Counted from the first letter of the stretch, positions 16,701-26,567 are shown. The stretch: 64,000 nucleotides of DNA from an uncultured Woeseiaceae bacterium (GCA_947259285.1 CAMYMR010000003.1:318-64317), one strand, 5' to 3'. Notes: a model not told the origin generated them from the letters alone. Made by a program: numbers and translations.

Positions 16701-17215
16701 GTGGTGGGACTTGGCGTCGGGGGCTGTGCCGGCGGCGGCTGCCGCTCGATGCGGCCGGCATCCGCAGGGGCGGCGCGGCTTGGCGCGGTGACGGCCGGCG
16801 CCTGTTGCGCGGCGGGCGGCGAGTACGTTGGCGGATCGAGCAAGACCGTGTATTCGCGCAGGAGTCGACCGCTCGGCCACGTCGCTTCCACAAGGAAGGT
16901 GAGGAATGGCTCGGTCATCGGCGTCCGCGAACGCACCTGCACGACGCTGCCGTTAGCACCGCTGACGACGTTGAATTCGATGTCCAACAGGTAAAACGGT
17001 CGGTCGAGCCCGTAGCGCGCAAATGTCTCCGACGAGGCCAGAGTTACGTCGAGATTTGTCAGCTCCTCGGGCGTTGCCGAGAGCAATGTGATCTCGGCGC
17101 GCAGCGGCTCATTAAGCGCCGAATCAAGCTGTATGTCGCCCAAACCGATGGCCCAAACCTCGCTTGATAACAGAAAAACCAGCGCAAGCGAGATGCGAGA
17201 AAGACGTCGCGACAT
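13757..17215 (-). CDS. fimV: FimV/HubP-family peptidoglycan-binding (LysM) pilus assembly / polar hub protein
   Basis: Start chosen at ATG 17215 (MSRRLSRISLALVFLL) behind GGAG. Features: the N-terminal LGDIQLDSALNEPLRAEI motif, a LysM domain (YVVQRNDTLWGIASRI), one TM segment, a long acidic repeat region, and a C-terminal TKLDLARAYVDMGDPAGARSILEEV motif. Synteny with truA. Confidence 0.88.
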   Translation of the reverse strand: MSRRLSRISLALVFLLSSEVWAIGLGDIQLDSALNEPLRAEITLLSATPEELTNLDVTLASSETFARYGLDRPFYLLDIEFNVVSGANGSVVQVRSRTPMTEPFLTFLVEATWPSGRLLREYTVLLDPPTYSPPAAQQAPAVTAPSRAAPADAGRIERQPPPAQPPTPSPTTPARPASQPPRPSQAPSSAPVDDRPYDTSAGGDYVVQRNDTLWGIASRIRPDSRLTMNQTMLAIYEANPGAFGGNINLLRAGAALRLPSAEEMYRISSGTAFSEVKRQNEAWSGGTGYTAPPPETRPSLTLVPPDEEPEGLVYDDELVTSEPLTREEEILNRIDELESADVPDQPSLLEIRDNELATLRQELANIRGEVYEPPAEVPDETIAEDVDVEAADDEIAIDDVMAEPDEPVVDTEVVDDAAVDAEAAAETEAPSTVVRTTPRAEPGIVDRIVGALTSIWAIIAAALIVVLGLLFWFMRRSGGEEAEAGPWEALDSDEVAEDPLTATEAMQAPTPEEAIVVVEQDSAIRPQTDETVEMPVATDEAAEGTGQFGSLEDTFSSDTAVNLDQTDPIAEADFHMAYGLYDQAADLVNGALETDPENTDLMSKLCEIYFVWGNRDAFVDAASKLKSTADGGEGGEWDKIVIMGQQIAADHELFAGAGVAGATKAVDLAFEADGGDAGALDMDFGVSGGDSGAIDLGAEEGGDDGDVDFLFDEAAADDEFDLDIESTAESPTIEASGTLETVEMPGQEATVETPTIEAEGTPETVEMPAQESTVETPTIEQPVEEPIGDIEGTSELPSLDDAHGQEAADSGQDVGETAEINLDDLDLGIEELAETELASLDDIDETGANEALAEDAFTDTGSITGKNPEIDPNATGVREGPDLGELFDLESTGEMNLAADETGRSPSLDPLVDTTADTEVSLDESLLDATGLTQVLSDEMAVETGADIGAELGDDEATMLASSGDDSEDFDFAKTEALPSEAFESLEADATGEMPTMEAEIDETGDMPSMDIEIDETGDMPSMDIEIDETGAMPAMDLDADDSELDDLTAALKLSEAGDTIDQVRDDATVEQPRPSMAGESAETMSLGPEDISDDLHEARTMTEVGTKLDLARAYVDMGDPAGARSILEEVLDEGDEGQRQQAQQLLDSLPS
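14105..14260 (-). repeat. Four tandem 39-nt in-frame repeats inside fimV
   Basis: Units are at 14105, 14144, 14183 and 14222. They encode EIDETGDMPSMDI-type 13-aa repeats. Confidence 0.9.
14877..15040 (-). repeat. About 2.4 tandem 69-nt in-frame repeats inside fimV
   Basis: Units start at 14877, 14946 and 15015. They encode TIEAEGTPETVEMPAQESTVETP-type 23-aa repeats. Confidence 0.85.
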
Positions 17216-17312
17216 AATTTGAATCTCCAAACCCCAACAGCCCCTCGTGTCATCCTGACGGGGCAAAATTTCGGCGGCCAAATAGCCTTGCCAGTAGCTT
17301 GCGAACTATAGC

Positions 17313-18335
17313 CTATAGATAGTTTTTTGCCAATATTTCAGCAATTTGGACGCTATTTAGAGCCGCGCCCTTACGAACGTTATCCGACACCACCCAAAGA
17401 TCGATTCCGCGCGGATGCGAAATGTCCTCTCTAATTCGACCGACAAATACCGCGTCCTCTCCGGATGCCTCTGTAACGGCGGTTGGATACTGCCCCAACT
17501 GGACGCCATCGACGACCACAATTCCGGGCGAATTCGACAGTAATTCGGTCACCGACTGCGCCGATATCTTGTCGCGCGTCTCGATGTGTACAGCCTCCGA
17601 GTGCCCATAAAACACGGGGATGCGAACGGCGGTGGGATTTACCTGAATCGTGTCGTCGCTGAGAATCTTGCGGGTCTCCCAGACCATTTTCATTTCTTCG
17701 CGGGTGTAGCGATTTTCCATAAAGCTGTCGATATGCGGGATCGCGTTGAAGCCGATCTGTTTCGCGTCCCCGCTGAGCTCGAGCGGGCGACCATTCATCA
17801 ATGCGGCCGTCTGGCGGGCAAGCTCCTCCAAAGCGCCTCTTCCGGCGCCCGAAACGGCCTGATAGGTACAGACATTGATCCGCTCGATTCCAACCGCATC
17901 GTAAATTGGCTTTAGCGCCACCAGCATCTGGATTGTTGAACAATTCGGGTTGGCGATGATGCCGCGCGCAACGTAGTCGGCGATCGCGTGCGCGTTGACT
18001 TCGGGCACGACGAGCGGGATATCGTCGTCGCGTCTGAAATGCGATGTGTTGTCGACGACGACACAACCCGCCTCGGCCGCCTTGGGTGCAAACTCGGCCG
18101 AGACAGAACCGCCCGCCGAAAACAGGCCAATAGCGGCCTTCGAAAAGTCGAACTCGGCCAGATTCTCGACCTGCAATGTCCGGTTGCCGAACGCAACGGT
18201 TTTGCCCAGTGAGCGTTCGCTCGCGAGCGCGTAGACGTTACCGACGGGAAAATTCCGCTGCTGCAAAATTTCCAGCATGGTTTCGCCGACGATGCCTGTG
18301 GCGCCGACGACGGCGATATCAAGACGATCCGACAT
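17313..18335 (-). CDS. Aspartate-semialdehyde dehydrogenase family protein (short form; USG-1/Asd-paralogue position next to fimV-truA)
   Basis: VGATGIVG Rossmann motif, active-site NPNCSTIQM, and QAVSGAG. 340 aa. Confidence 0.8.
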   Translation of the reverse strand: MSDRLDIAVVGATGIVGETMLEILQQRNFPVGNVYALASERSLGKTVAFGNRTLQVENLAEFDFSKAAIGLFSAGGSVSAEFAPKAAEAGCVVVDNTSHFRRDDDIPLVVPEVNAHAIADYVARGIIANPNCSTIQMLVALKPIYDAVGIERINVCTYQAVSGAGRGALEELARQTAALMNGRPLELSGDAKQIGFNAIPHIDSFMENRYTREEMKMVWETRKILSDDTIQVNPTAVRIPVFYGHSEAVHIETRDKISAQSVTELLSNSPGIVVVDGVQLGQYPTAVTEASGEDAVFVGRIREDISHPRGIDLWVVSDNVRKGAALNSVQIAEILAKNYL

Positions 18336-18371
18336 GAAATGTTTCCTGAATTCCTGACTAACGAAGGGCGC

Positions 18372-19466
18372 CTAGGACTGCGAAATGTCCGGCGTCACCG
18401 ATTCAACATCGGCATTCTGCGCACGGTGACGCAGGTAATGATCCATTAAAACGAGCGCCACCATCGCCTCGGCTATCGGCGTCGCGCGAAGTCCAACACA
18501 GGGATCGTGCCTGCCTTTGGTCACAATCTCGGTTTCCTTGCCCGACTTGTCGATGGTCTTTCCCGGAACCGAAATGCTCGATGTCGGCTTCATAGCGATG
18601 CTCGCGAGAATATCCTGGCCGGACGAGATGCCGCCCAAGGTGCCGCCTGCATCATTCTTTCTAAATCCGTCTGCGCCCAATTCGTCCCGATGCTGGCTGC
18701 CACGCTGCGTCACCGCGGCGAAACCGGCGCCCAGCTCGACGCCTTTGACTGCGTTGATACTCATCAGTCCGTGTGCGAGATCCGCCTCGAGCTTGTCGAA
18801 TACCGGTTCGCCGAGGCCGGGCGGCACGTTGCTCGCGAGCACGCTGATTTTGGCACCGATGGAATCGCCCTGCTCGCGCAGCTGATCCATGAAGGTCTCG
18901 AGCTCTCCGATTTTTTCCGGGTCTGCACAGAAGAACGGGTTGTCGTTGACGATGGACAGATCACGGGCGGACAACTCGATGGGGCCGAGCTGCGACACGT
19001 AGCCGTGAACACCGATACCAAGCCTTTCGCGGAGATACTTGCGGGCGATGGCGCCAGCTGCGACGCGCATCGTCGTCTCGCGCGCGGAGGAACGGCCCCC
19101 GCCTCGATAATCGCGAATGCCGTATTTCTGTTGATAGGTGTAATCGGCATGGCCCGGCCGGAACTTGTCCTTGATATCACCGTAGTCGCGGGAGCGCTGG
19201 TCGGTGTTTTCGACCATCAGCCCAATCGGCGTACCCGTCGTCTTGCCCTCGAACACGCCGGAGAGGATCCGGACCTGGTCGGGCTCGTTGCGCTGCGTCG
19301 TGTGCCGACTGCGCCCGGGGCGGCGCCGGTCAAGATCCAACTGGATATCGGCCTCGGCCAGCTCCATGCCGGGCGGGCAGCCGTCGACGATGCAGCCGAG
19401 CGCCAGGCCATGACTCTCGCCAAACGTCGTCACCGTAAAGACTCTGCCAAAACTATTGCCGGACAC
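18372..19466 (-). CDS. aroC: Chorismate synthase
   Basis: [20 protein letters not shown]...RPGHADYTY...GRHDPCV. Confidence 0.95.
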   Translation of the reverse strand: MSGNSFGRVFTVTTFGESHGLALGCIVDGCPPGMELAEADIQLDLDRRRPGRSRHTTQRNEPDQVRILSGVFEGKTTGTPIGLMVENTDQRSRDYGDIKDKFRPGHADYTYQQKYGIRDYRGGGRSSARETTMRVAAGAIARKYLRERLGIGVHGYVSQLGPIELSARDLSIVNDNPFFCADPEKIGELETFMDQLREQGDSIGAKISVLASNVPPGLGEPVFDKLEADLAHGLMSINAVKGVELGAGFAAVTQRGSQHRDELGADGFRKNDAGGTLGGISSGQDILASIAMKPTSSISVPGKTIDKSGKETEIVTKGRHDPCVGLRATPIAEAMVALVLMDHYLRHRAQNADVESVTPDISQS

Positions 19467-19485
19467 GCTTATAAACCTTCCGTTC

Positions 19486-20388
19486 TCATTGGGACTCGAA
19501 TACCGCCAGTTCCTGTTTCGTTAGCACGAACACGCCTGCACCGCCCTGCTCGAATTCGAGCCATATGAAGCCGACATCGGGATACGCCCGCTCCAGCGCG
19601 GCCTGGCTATTACCGACCTCACAGACGAGTATTCCATTGTCTGTCAGAAATCGCGAGGCTTCGCGGAGAATCTCGCGGACCGAATCCAGACCGTCCGTGC
19701 CCGCTGCGAGTCCGAGTACGGGCTCATGCCGGTACTCGTCAGGCATCTCGCGCAAATCCCGCTGATCAACGTACGGAGGATTGCTGACGATAATGTCGTA
19801 TTGCTTGTCACCGAGCTCGCGGAAAAAGTCGGAGCGGACGGGATGAACGCGGTCGCGGAGTCGGTGGCGCTCAATATTGATTGCGGTTACGGCCAGAGCT
19901 TCTTCCGATATGTCCACGGCGTCGACCCGTGCGGACGGGAATGCCTTTGCTATCGCGATGGCAATGCAGCCGCAGCCGGTACCGAGATCGACCACGTTTC
20001 CGACCGCGGAAGCCGTGATCCATGGAGCGAATTGCTGCTGAATCAGCTCGGCAATCGGCGAACGCGGCACCAGAACCCGTTCGTCGACGTAGAACGCCAA
20101 CCCGCCAAACCACGCCTGCCTGAGCAGGTAGGCAAGCGGCAAGCGCTCCTCGATGCGACGCCGGGCAAGCGCATTAACGAGATCGACCTCGTCGGTCGCC
20201 ACGCGTCTCGCATAAACGCCCGGCGCATCGTCATGTGAAAGGCGGAGCGTCGCGAACACCAGCCAGGCTGCCTCGTCCACGGGATTGTCGGTGCCGTGAC
20301 CATAGCAGAGGTCGGCGTCCTCGAATCGTGCGGTCAGGTCATGAATCAGCTGTTCGACGGTTGGCAGCGGCTCTTTCGTATCAGTCAT
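19486..20388 (-). CDS. prmB: 50S ribosomal protein L3 N5-glutamine methyltransferase
   Basis: [30 protein letters not shown] and the NPPY motif (IVSNPPYVD). Adjacent to aroC as in E. coli. Confidence 0.85.
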   Translation of the reverse strand: MTDTKEPLPTVEQLIHDLTARFEDADLCYGHGTDNPVDEAAWLVFATLRLSHDDAPGVYARRVATDEVDLVNALARRRIEERLPLAYLLRQAWFGGLAFYVDERVLVPRSPIAELIQQQFAPWITASAVGNVVDLGTGCGCIAIAIAKAFPSARVDAVDISEEALAVTAINIERHRLRDRVHPVRSDFFRELGDKQYDIIVSNPPYVDQRDLREMPDEYRHEPVLGLAAGTDGLDSVREILREASRFLTDNGILVCEVGNSQAALERAYPDVGFIWLEFEQGGAGVFVLTKQELAVFESQ

Positions 20389-20498
20389 GTAGAATGCGAG
20401 GTCGGAATGTGCGCGTGCGACGGCGAATCTAGCACGCCAGCTGCCCCACTGCCTGTAGAATTACGAACTGTCGATACTCATACCCTGTCTTAGCACCC

Positions 20499-21110
20499 AT
20501 GGGACCAAAAAATTTCATCGTCGCGATCGTCATGGCGGTCGCTCTTTCCGCGGGCATTTTCATAGCGTCGCGCCTGCAGGCACCCGCGGAAACGCGCACG
20601 GCGTTCGTCCTGCCCACGCCGACGCCGTTGCCGGACTTCACACTGCAGGATTCGGCCGGCAGTGCCGTAACGCGTGACACCTTTCGCGACCACTGGAACC
20701 TGCTATTTTTCGGCTTTACCCACTGCCCGGACGTTTGCCCTACAACACTCCAGATCCTGTCGGCCGCACGCAGGGAACTGGTTGCAAGCGGTCAACGCCC
20801 GCTGCCACGAATCGTGTTGGTTAGCGTCGATCCGGAACGCGACACGCCGGAACTCATTGGCAAATACATGGATTACTTCGGCGAGGACAACCTGGGCGTC
20901 ACGGGCAGTCTTGAAGAAACGCGCAAACTGACTGCCGCGCTGGGCATCTATTTCGAGAAGCAGCCTGTGGATGAGGGCAATTATACGGTTGACCATTCGG
21001 CCGCTGTCCTCGTGGTCAACCCGGACGCCGAATTTCAAGCGTTGTTCGGTGGCTCCCACCAGGTCGAGAGTTTCGTGCATGATCTGCCGCTCATAATGGC
21101 AGCCGATTGA
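20499..21110 (+). CDS. SCO1/SenC-family copper chaperone / thiol-disulfide protein
   Basis: TM anchor and the FGFTHCPDVCP motif, with a downstream His (TVDHSA). Confidence 0.85.
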   Translation: MGPKNFIVAIVMAVALSAGIFIASRLQAPAETRTAFVLPTPTPLPDFTLQDSAGSAVTRDTFRDHWNLLFFGFTHCPDVCPTTLQILSAARRELVASGQRPLPRIVLVSVDPERDTPELIGKYMDYFGEDNLGVTGSLEETRKLTAALGIYFEKQPVDEGNYTVDHSAAVLVVNPDAEFQALFGGSHQVESFVHDLPLIMAAD

Positions 21111-21529
21111 TGCGTCTCTATCTCGCCCTCGCCGTTGTTCTTGTTGGTGCATGCAGCACGGAGCGCGAGGCGCCTCTGGTGGCGACCGAGGTTTTTGTCA
21201 CGCGGCCGATGCCCGGCATGAAGATGAGCGCGGCCTACCTCACGCTGACCAACAATACGGATGACGCCATCCGCATAACGCGTGTCGCAAGCCCCCAGTA
21301 CGAGTCCGTGCAGATGCATGAGTCGATCGTGGAGGACGGGGTTGCCCGCATGCGTGCGATCCCGGCACTCGAGATTCCCGCGCGTCAGACGGTAGCGCTG
21401 CAGCGCGGCGGGAAACACCTGATGTTAATGCGCCCGACGGCTCCCGCGGAGGCCGTATCGCTTCAGTTTCTTGACGGCGACACGCTGCTTCTCAGCGTCG
21501 ACGCGGCCTTCGAATCCGCTCCCCGGTAA
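21107..21529 (+). CDS. Copper chaperone PCu(A)C (DUF461) lipoprotein
   Basis: Lipobox LVGAC and Met/His-rich copper-site pattern (MSAAYLTL...VQMHES...HLMLM). It has a 4-nt ATGA overlap with the SCO gene. Confidence 0.75.
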   Translation: MMRLYLALAVVLVGACSTEREAPLVATEVFVTRPMPGMKMSAAYLTLTNNTDDAIRITRVASPQYESVQMHESIVEDGVARMRAIPALEIPARQTVALQRGGKHLMLMRPTAPAEAVSLQFLDGDTLLLSVDAAFESAPR

Positions 21530-21537
21530 CTTTTCAC

Positions 21538-22401
21538 ATGCTTGCCAACCTGTTCGTCATTCTGCAGTACCTGCTGCCAAAGCACTGGCTAACGGCGGCC
21601 ATCTATCGTGTCGCACGAATCAGAAACAGAGGAATCAAGAATTTTCTGATCGCTCGCTTTGTGCGCCTTTACGACGTAAATGTTGAAGAGGTCAAGCTTG
21701 CGGTGCCAGAGGACTTCGCCACGTTCAATGACTTCTTTGTGCGTGAACTCGCCGACGGCGCTCGCACCGTCGACGGTCATGCTGACACGATCGTCTCGCC
21801 GGTTGACGGCACCGTCAGCCTGGCGGGCAAGCTTCGAGCCGACACGCTGCTGCAGGCGAAGGGCCTCGATTACTCGCTCGACGAGCTGTTGACAACGGAC
21901 CTCGAACAAGCAACTTTCTACGTGAATGGCCGGTTCGCGACAATCTACCTCGCGCCCTACAATTATCATCGGGTGCACGCGCCGTTCGACGGCGAACTCG
22001 TAGCGGCACGTTACGTACCCGGCGCACTGTTCAGCGTCAACGAAACCACCGCGGCCAGGGTCGCGGGGCTGTTTCGCCGCAACGAGCGGCTTATCCTGCG
22101 TTTCAGGACCGCCAACGGGCCCGCCGTGCTGATATTCGTCGGCGCACTCAACGTCGGCAGCATTTCCACGCCGTGGTCCGGCGAGATTCGGCCGCGGAAG
22201 TCGGGGATCGTCGATGTAATCGACCTTTCAGGCCACGACACCCACGTGCAGAAGGGGGACCTGCTTGGCTGGTTCAATATGGGCTCGACCGTCATCGTTC
22301 TGCTGCCCGACGGCATCGGCGAGTGGCGTGATGATCTCGAGCCGGGTACCACACTACGCATGGGGGAATCGATCGGCAGGTATTCGGTTGCCGAAAGATG
22401 A
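21538..22401 (+). CDS. psd: Phosphatidylserine decarboxylase proenzyme
   Basis: 287 aa with NYHRVHAP and the self-cleavage LGWFNMGSTV (GST) motif. Confidence 0.9.
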   Translation: MLANLFVILQYLLPKHWLTAAIYRVARIRNRGIKNFLIARFVRLYDVNVEEVKLAVPEDFATFNDFFVRELADGARTVDGHADTIVSPVDGTVSLAGKLRADTLLQAKGLDYSLDELLTTDLEQATFYVNGRFATIYLAPYNYHRVHAPFDGELVAARYVPGALFSVNETTAARVAGLFRRNERLILRFRTANGPAVLIFVGALNVGSISTPWSGEIRPRKSGIVDVIDLSGHDTHVQKGDLLGWFNMGSTVIVLLPDGIGEWRDDLEPGTTLRMGESIGRYSVAER

Positions 22402-23369
22402 CGAGTTGGCGCCCAGCTGCCGGTGTTCAGGCCGCCCGCGACCGCGCAGCGATGATGCGGCGTATTCGCGACTACTTCGACCTCGAGGACGTTCTCGAGG
22501 TCGACACACCATCCTTGAGCAATTCTGCCGTTAGCGACACGCAGATCGAGAGCTTCGAGATTCCGACGAGCCTCGTTAGCCAGCGTCCGATGTACCTGCA
22601 TACGTCCCCCGAGTTCTGCATGAAGCGCCTGCTTTGTGCCGGCTTTCCCGACATCTTCTCGATCTGTCGCGTTTTCCGGGACGGCGAGTCGGGTCTGCGG
22701 CACCAGCCGGAATTCACGATGATCGAGTGGTATCGCCTCGGGCTCGGGCTCGATTCGATAATCGACGACACGCTCCGGATGATTCAGGCCGCACTGACAA
22801 CGGCGGTCCTCTCGGACGAACCGATTCAGTTCGAGTATCGCGACTGCTTCGTGGACAATGCCAATGTCGACCCACTCACGGCGACGACGGAGGAACTGGC
22901 GGACGCGGCAGGTGCCGACGCAGGGCTTCGCCAATCCATCGGCGAGGAGCGAGACGATTGGCTGGATCTCATCCTGACGACGCGCGTCGCACCCTGTTTC
23001 GAGCCGCATCGCTTGACGGTGCTGCGGCATTACCCGGCGAGCCAGGCGGCGCTGGCACGATTGTGCCCGAACGATTCGCGCGTCGCTGATCGCTTCGAGG
23101 TTTTCATTGGCGCGATCGAATTGGCGAACGGCTATGTCGAACTGGTGGACGCCGAGGAACAGGCGGCACGAATTGAGCGTGACAACGAAGAGCGCCGCCG
23201 CCGCCGCCGCACGGTTCGTCCGCATGACAGCAAATTGCTCGCGGCACTCGAGGCCGGCCTACCCGCATGCGCGGGTGTCGCGGTCGGTTTCGAGCGCCTG
23301 CAAATGATCGTTGCCGACACCGAGGACATGCGCGACGTGATTACATTCTCGTTCGAGACAGCACCATGA
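22398..23369 (+). CDS. epmA: EF-P lysine-34 lysyltransferase (GenX/PoxA)
   Basis: Truncated class II LysRS-like protein: IRDYFDLEDVLEVDTPSLS, FRDGESGLRHQPEFTMIEWY, ELANGY. It lies convergent with efp. Confidence 0.88.
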   Translation: MTSWRPAAGVQAARDRAAMMRRIRDYFDLEDVLEVDTPSLSNSAVSDTQIESFEIPTSLVSQRPMYLHTSPEFCMKRLLCAGFPDIFSICRVFRDGESGLRHQPEFTMIEWYRLGLGLDSIIDDTLRMIQAALTTAVLSDEPIQFEYRDCFVDNANVDPLTATTEELADAAGADAGLRQSIGEERDDWLDLILTTRVAPCFEPHRLTVLRHYPASQAALARLCPNDSRVADRFEVFIGAIELANGYVELVDAEEQAARIERDNEERRRRRRTVRPHDSKLLAALEAGLPACAGVAVGFERLQMIVADTEDMRDVITFSFETAP

Positions 23370-23557
23370 CCAAGACCGACTACCGCCCGCTTACCTCACA
23401 GCTGCTCGCGCTCCTTGGTCAGGAGACCGACGCACTGGCGGCGACGAGCAATTTTGTCGCACTCCTCTTGCGGACTACAGGAGTCTCGCGACTCGTTTAT
23501 TTGACCCGGGAAACGTACTCCCTCGAGCGGGTATCGACTCGTATGATCTCTCCCTGA
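23366..23557 (+). pseudogene. Remnant of a GAF-domain free-methionine-(R)-sulfoxide reductase-like gene (only about 35 N-terminal codons recognisable)
   Basis: The ATG overlaps the epmA stop (ATGA). MTKTDYRPLTSQLLALLGQETDALAATSNFVALLL resembles the YebR/MsrC N-terminus (...GETSFLATLANTSALL...) from memory. The frame then loses similarity and runs into the 3' end of efp. Confidence 0.4.
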
Positions 23558-24063
23558 TCGACAAACAGGGGTACCCTCACGACCGCGCCCGTCGACAAAG
23601 TAGCCGGTTTACCACCACCACCCGCCGTATCGCCTTTTACCCCCGGGTCGGTCTCGGTAATTTCGAGCTCGACAAAATTCGGGGCGTCGACCAACAGGAT
23701 CGAATCATTCCATAGCGTGATGCCGCAGACGTCACCGTCTGTGATCCAGTCACCGGCGTCTCCGACAGCCTTTTTGTCCGCCGCATACTGCTCATAGGTG
23801 TCGGCGACCATGAAATGCCAGAACTCGCCGTCGGCATAGAGATATTGCATCTCTGTCTCGCGCACGTCGGCCGCTTCCACCGACTCGCCCGACTTGAAGG
23901 TCTTGTCGACGGTCTTGCCCGTTTTCAGGTTGCGTATGCGCACGCGATTAAACGCCTGGCCCTTTCCGGGCTTTACGAATTCGTTTTCTACAATCACGCA
24001 CGGATCGCCATCGATGATGATCCGCAGACCGGATTTGAACTCGTTCGTGCTGTAACTTGCCAT
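23497..24063 (-). CDS. efp: Elongation factor P
   Basis: Start chosen at ATG 24063 ([19 protein letters not shown]...KPGKGQAF with the modifiable Lys). 188 aa. The upstream part of the 277-aa track ORF is not EF-P-like. Confidence 0.93.
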   Translation of the reverse strand: MASYSTNEFKSGLRIIIDGDPCVIVENEFVKPGKGQAFNRVRIRNLKTGKTVDKTFKSGESVEAADVRETEMQYLYADGEFWHFMVADTYEQYAADKKAVGDAGDWITDGDVCGITLWNDSILLVDAPNFVELEITETDPGVKGDTAGGGGKPATLSTGAVVRVPLFVDQGEIIRVDTRSREYVSRVK

Positions 24064-24309
24064 TGTTGTCGCCCTGCTCAGGTCCGGCCGCCACCGGCGA
24101 GGCGCTATCATACCGGAGTCCTGCGGACTGTTAATACCTAATTCCGACGCGTCGCCGACTGCGTTTTGGGACGGAATTCGGGCGAAGGCCCTCCGAAACT
24201 TGACCAACGTCACGGTTTTGAGAACCGCGTCGCGACTCGCGGCGACATTCTTACTAGACTCCCTTAACAGAATACGGATATCACGGGATTCCCCGACGTT
24301 GCCAGGGAT

Positions 24310-26430
24310 TTGGATTTGAACGGGCGCCAAAGCATCTCAGTAGCCGTCCTGACCACCAATCAGGACGACGTTCAGTTAATAAACAGTACGTTGCGCGATG
24401 CAGGCCATGCGGCGCACTGTCACTGGATCTCCAGCCCCAATACCCTCGCCGACACGCTCGCCGCCGAAAATGTGGAATTGCTGATCCTGAACTGCGATCG
24501 CTACCCGGACGGGATTCGGCAGGTCGTCAAGCAAAAAGACCGTTACAACCCCGAACTACCCGTCATCGCCATGCAGCAGCAGGCGGAAGAGCTGGACATC
24601 GAGAACTCAATGCGAGCCGGCGCCTGCGATCTGGTGTCTATCAGCCTGAAAGGACGGCTGCAATCCGTGGTGTCTCGAGAGCTGCGCGCACTTCGCGTCG
24701 AACGTGCATTGAATTCGACGCTGCAGTCGGCAACGGAATACAAGCGTCAGCTCAGGGACAATATGGACGCATCGACGAGTTCGATTGCGCTGGTACAGGA
24801 AGGAATCTTCACCGACGTAAATGACGCCTGGCTGGCGACGTTCAAGGCAAAAGACAAGCAGGAATTGATCGGCATGCCGGTCATGGACTATTTCGAGCCG
24901 GAAAGCCAGGCCGCTCTTAAAGGGGCGCTGGTGGCGACCCTTCAGCGTAAGTGGCAAAAGGGTGAGAAACTCGTCGCCAGATCTCGCATAGATTCCGACG
25001 ACGCCGATGAGCTCCATCTCCAGTTCTCCAGGATCGATGTTGACGATGGGCCCTGCGTGCAGATTCGCATCGCGCCGCAGTTAAAGGCGGCCGAAGAGCC
25101 TACAAAGCTGGTTCACGACGCGCTCAAGCGCGATCCGACAATGCTGTTTTTTCATCGCACCCAGTTCCTCGAACGCATCACGAAGCGTCTGAAGCGAAAG
25201 CCTGCCTCCGGGACTCACTGCCTGGTATACATCCGGCCCGACAAGTTTGGCACGCTCCAGGAAAAAATCGGCGTGCTGGACTCCGAGGAAATCCTTGCGC
25301 AGCTCGCGGAAGAAGTTCGCAAGCGCCTGCATCCGCGTGATGTCGCGGGCCGATTCGAGGGAACATCGATCATGGCGTTGCTCGAGCGCGGCAGCGAGCG
25401 AGACGCGCAGGTCTGGGGCCAACAGCTGGTCGATCACATCAGCAAGATGACCTTCGAGGTCGACGACAAATCGACGAACATGACATGCACCGTCGGCGCC
25501 TGCGCCGTCAGCGAGGTGTTCAGCAGCCTCGAGGACTTCGTCGTGGCAACCATCAGTGCCTACGAGCTCGGCAAGCAAGCGGGCGGCAATACATCTTGCC
25601 TTAGCGAGAGCGCCAAAGAAGATACGAAGCAGCGGGAATTCGATGCGATCTGGGTCAAGCATCTGAAGTCGGCACTGATGGAAAATCGCTTCCGGCTTGC
25701 ACAGCTGCCGATCGCCGGCCTGCGCAGCGACTCGATACAGATGTTTGATCTGCTGGTTCGCATGATTGACGAGCAGGGCAACTCCGTGCTGCCCTCGGAA
25801 TTCCTGCCCGCCGCCGAACGCAATAACATGATGAAGAACATTGACCGCTGGATGCTGACCGCGGCGATGCGCTTCTGTGGTCAGAATGACGCCGATCGTG
25901 TCTTCGTTCGCTTATCGCAGCAATCAATCACCGACCGGTCCACTGCCGCGTGGCTTCAGCAGAAACTCGACGAAGATGGCTTCGACTGCTCGAGACTCGT
26001 GATACAGGTGCCGGAACGAGAAGCAGCGAAATACATAAAGCAGACCCGGGCAATCGTCGGGCATGCACGCAAGATCGGCATCGGTTTTGCAATTGAACAC
26101 TATGGTATCGACCAGGACCGGTTTCAGATACTCGATCTGCTGGAGCCCGACTACATCAAGATCGACGGCGAACTCATGCACACCCTGATTACCGACAAGG
26201 GTATGCAGGATGCGGTAACGCGGATCGTCAGCGCTGCCAAGAAGCGGGATATCAAGACCATCGCCGAGCGTGTCGAAAACGCCAACGCCATGGCGGTATT
26301 GTTCCAGCTCGGACTGGATTACATGCAAGGGCACTATGTTCATGAGCCTGAAGTTGTGCTTCAGGACACGGACAGCGTCCCGCCCACATCCCTCGAGGGG
26401 CTCGCCAAGACGAGAACCGCAACCGCGTGA
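24310..26430 (+). CDS. FimX-like c-di-GMP signalling protein: receiver-like, PAS, degenerate GGDEF and degenerate EAL domains
   Basis: The N-terminus is receiver-like (VELLILNCD). PAS-like [19 protein letters not shown]. The GGDEF position reads RFEGTS. The EAL position reads DLLVR, with EHYG in place of DDFG, while IKID, AERVE and QGH are retained. The gene lies a few genes from parC-parE, which from memory matches P. aeruginosa fimX. Confidence 0.7.
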   Translation: MDLNGRQSISVAVLTTNQDDVQLINSTLRDAGHAAHCHWISSPNTLADTLAAENVELLILNCDRYPDGIRQVVKQKDRYNPELPVIAMQQQAEELDIENSMRAGACDLVSISLKGRLQSVVSRELRALRVERALNSTLQSATEYKRQLRDNMDASTSSIALVQEGIFTDVNDAWLATFKAKDKQELIGMPVMDYFEPESQAALKGALVATLQRKWQKGEKLVARSRIDSDDADELHLQFSRIDVDDGPCVQIRIAPQLKAAEEPTKLVHDALKRDPTMLFFHRTQFLERITKRLKRKPASGTHCLVYIRPDKFGTLQEKIGVLDSEEILAQLAEEVRKRLHPRDVAGRFEGTSIMALLERGSERDAQVWGQQLVDHISKMTFEVDDKSTNMTCTVGACAVSEVFSSLEDFVVATISAYELGKQAGGNTSCLSESAKEDTKQREFDAIWVKHLKSALMENRFRLAQLPIAGLRSDSIQMFDLLVRMIDEQGNSVLPSEFLPAAERNNMMKNIDRWMLTAAMRFCGQNDADRVFVRLSQQSITDRSTAAWLQQKLDEDGFDCSRLVIQVPEREAAKYIKQTRAIVGHARKIGIGFAIEHYGIDQDRFQILDLLEPDYIKIDGELMHTLITDKGMQDAVTRIVSAAKKRDIKTIAERVENANAMAVLFQLGLDYMQGHYVHEPEVVLQDTDSVPPTSLEGLAKTRTATA

Positions 26431-26453
26431 AAAGGGTGAACGCAAACACGGAG

Positions 26454-26469
26454 TGTGACTCGCGTCACA
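26454..26469. promoter_or_regulatory. Perfect CRP/Vfr-type box TGTGA-N6-TCACA
   Basis: TGTGACTCGCGTCACA lies 24 nt after the FimX-like stop and about 106 nt before the FimV-paralogue start. An AT-rich stretch with an AAAAACAT/ATGTTTTT inverted repeat follows at 26509..26535. Confidence 0.45.
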
Positions 26470-26567
26470 GTCTGGTTGCGGAACCACCCGCTAACGCTCA
26501 CATAAAGTAAAAACATAGAATGACATCATGTTTTTCATAAGCTTGTGGCATTAACCTGCCCTTCATA

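Noticed and set aside
22011-23225. 404-aa ORF on the minus strand across psd and epmA
   Set aside because: It lies fully antisense to two genes with clear homology. The translation is R/A-rich and low in complexity, as expected for shadow ORFs in GC-rich DNA. It has no recognisable motifs.
23370-24309. Missing epmB next to efp/epmA as evidence for an incomplete EF-P modification pathway
   Set aside because: epmB is often encoded elsewhere. Absence from one 64-kb window says nothing about the genome.
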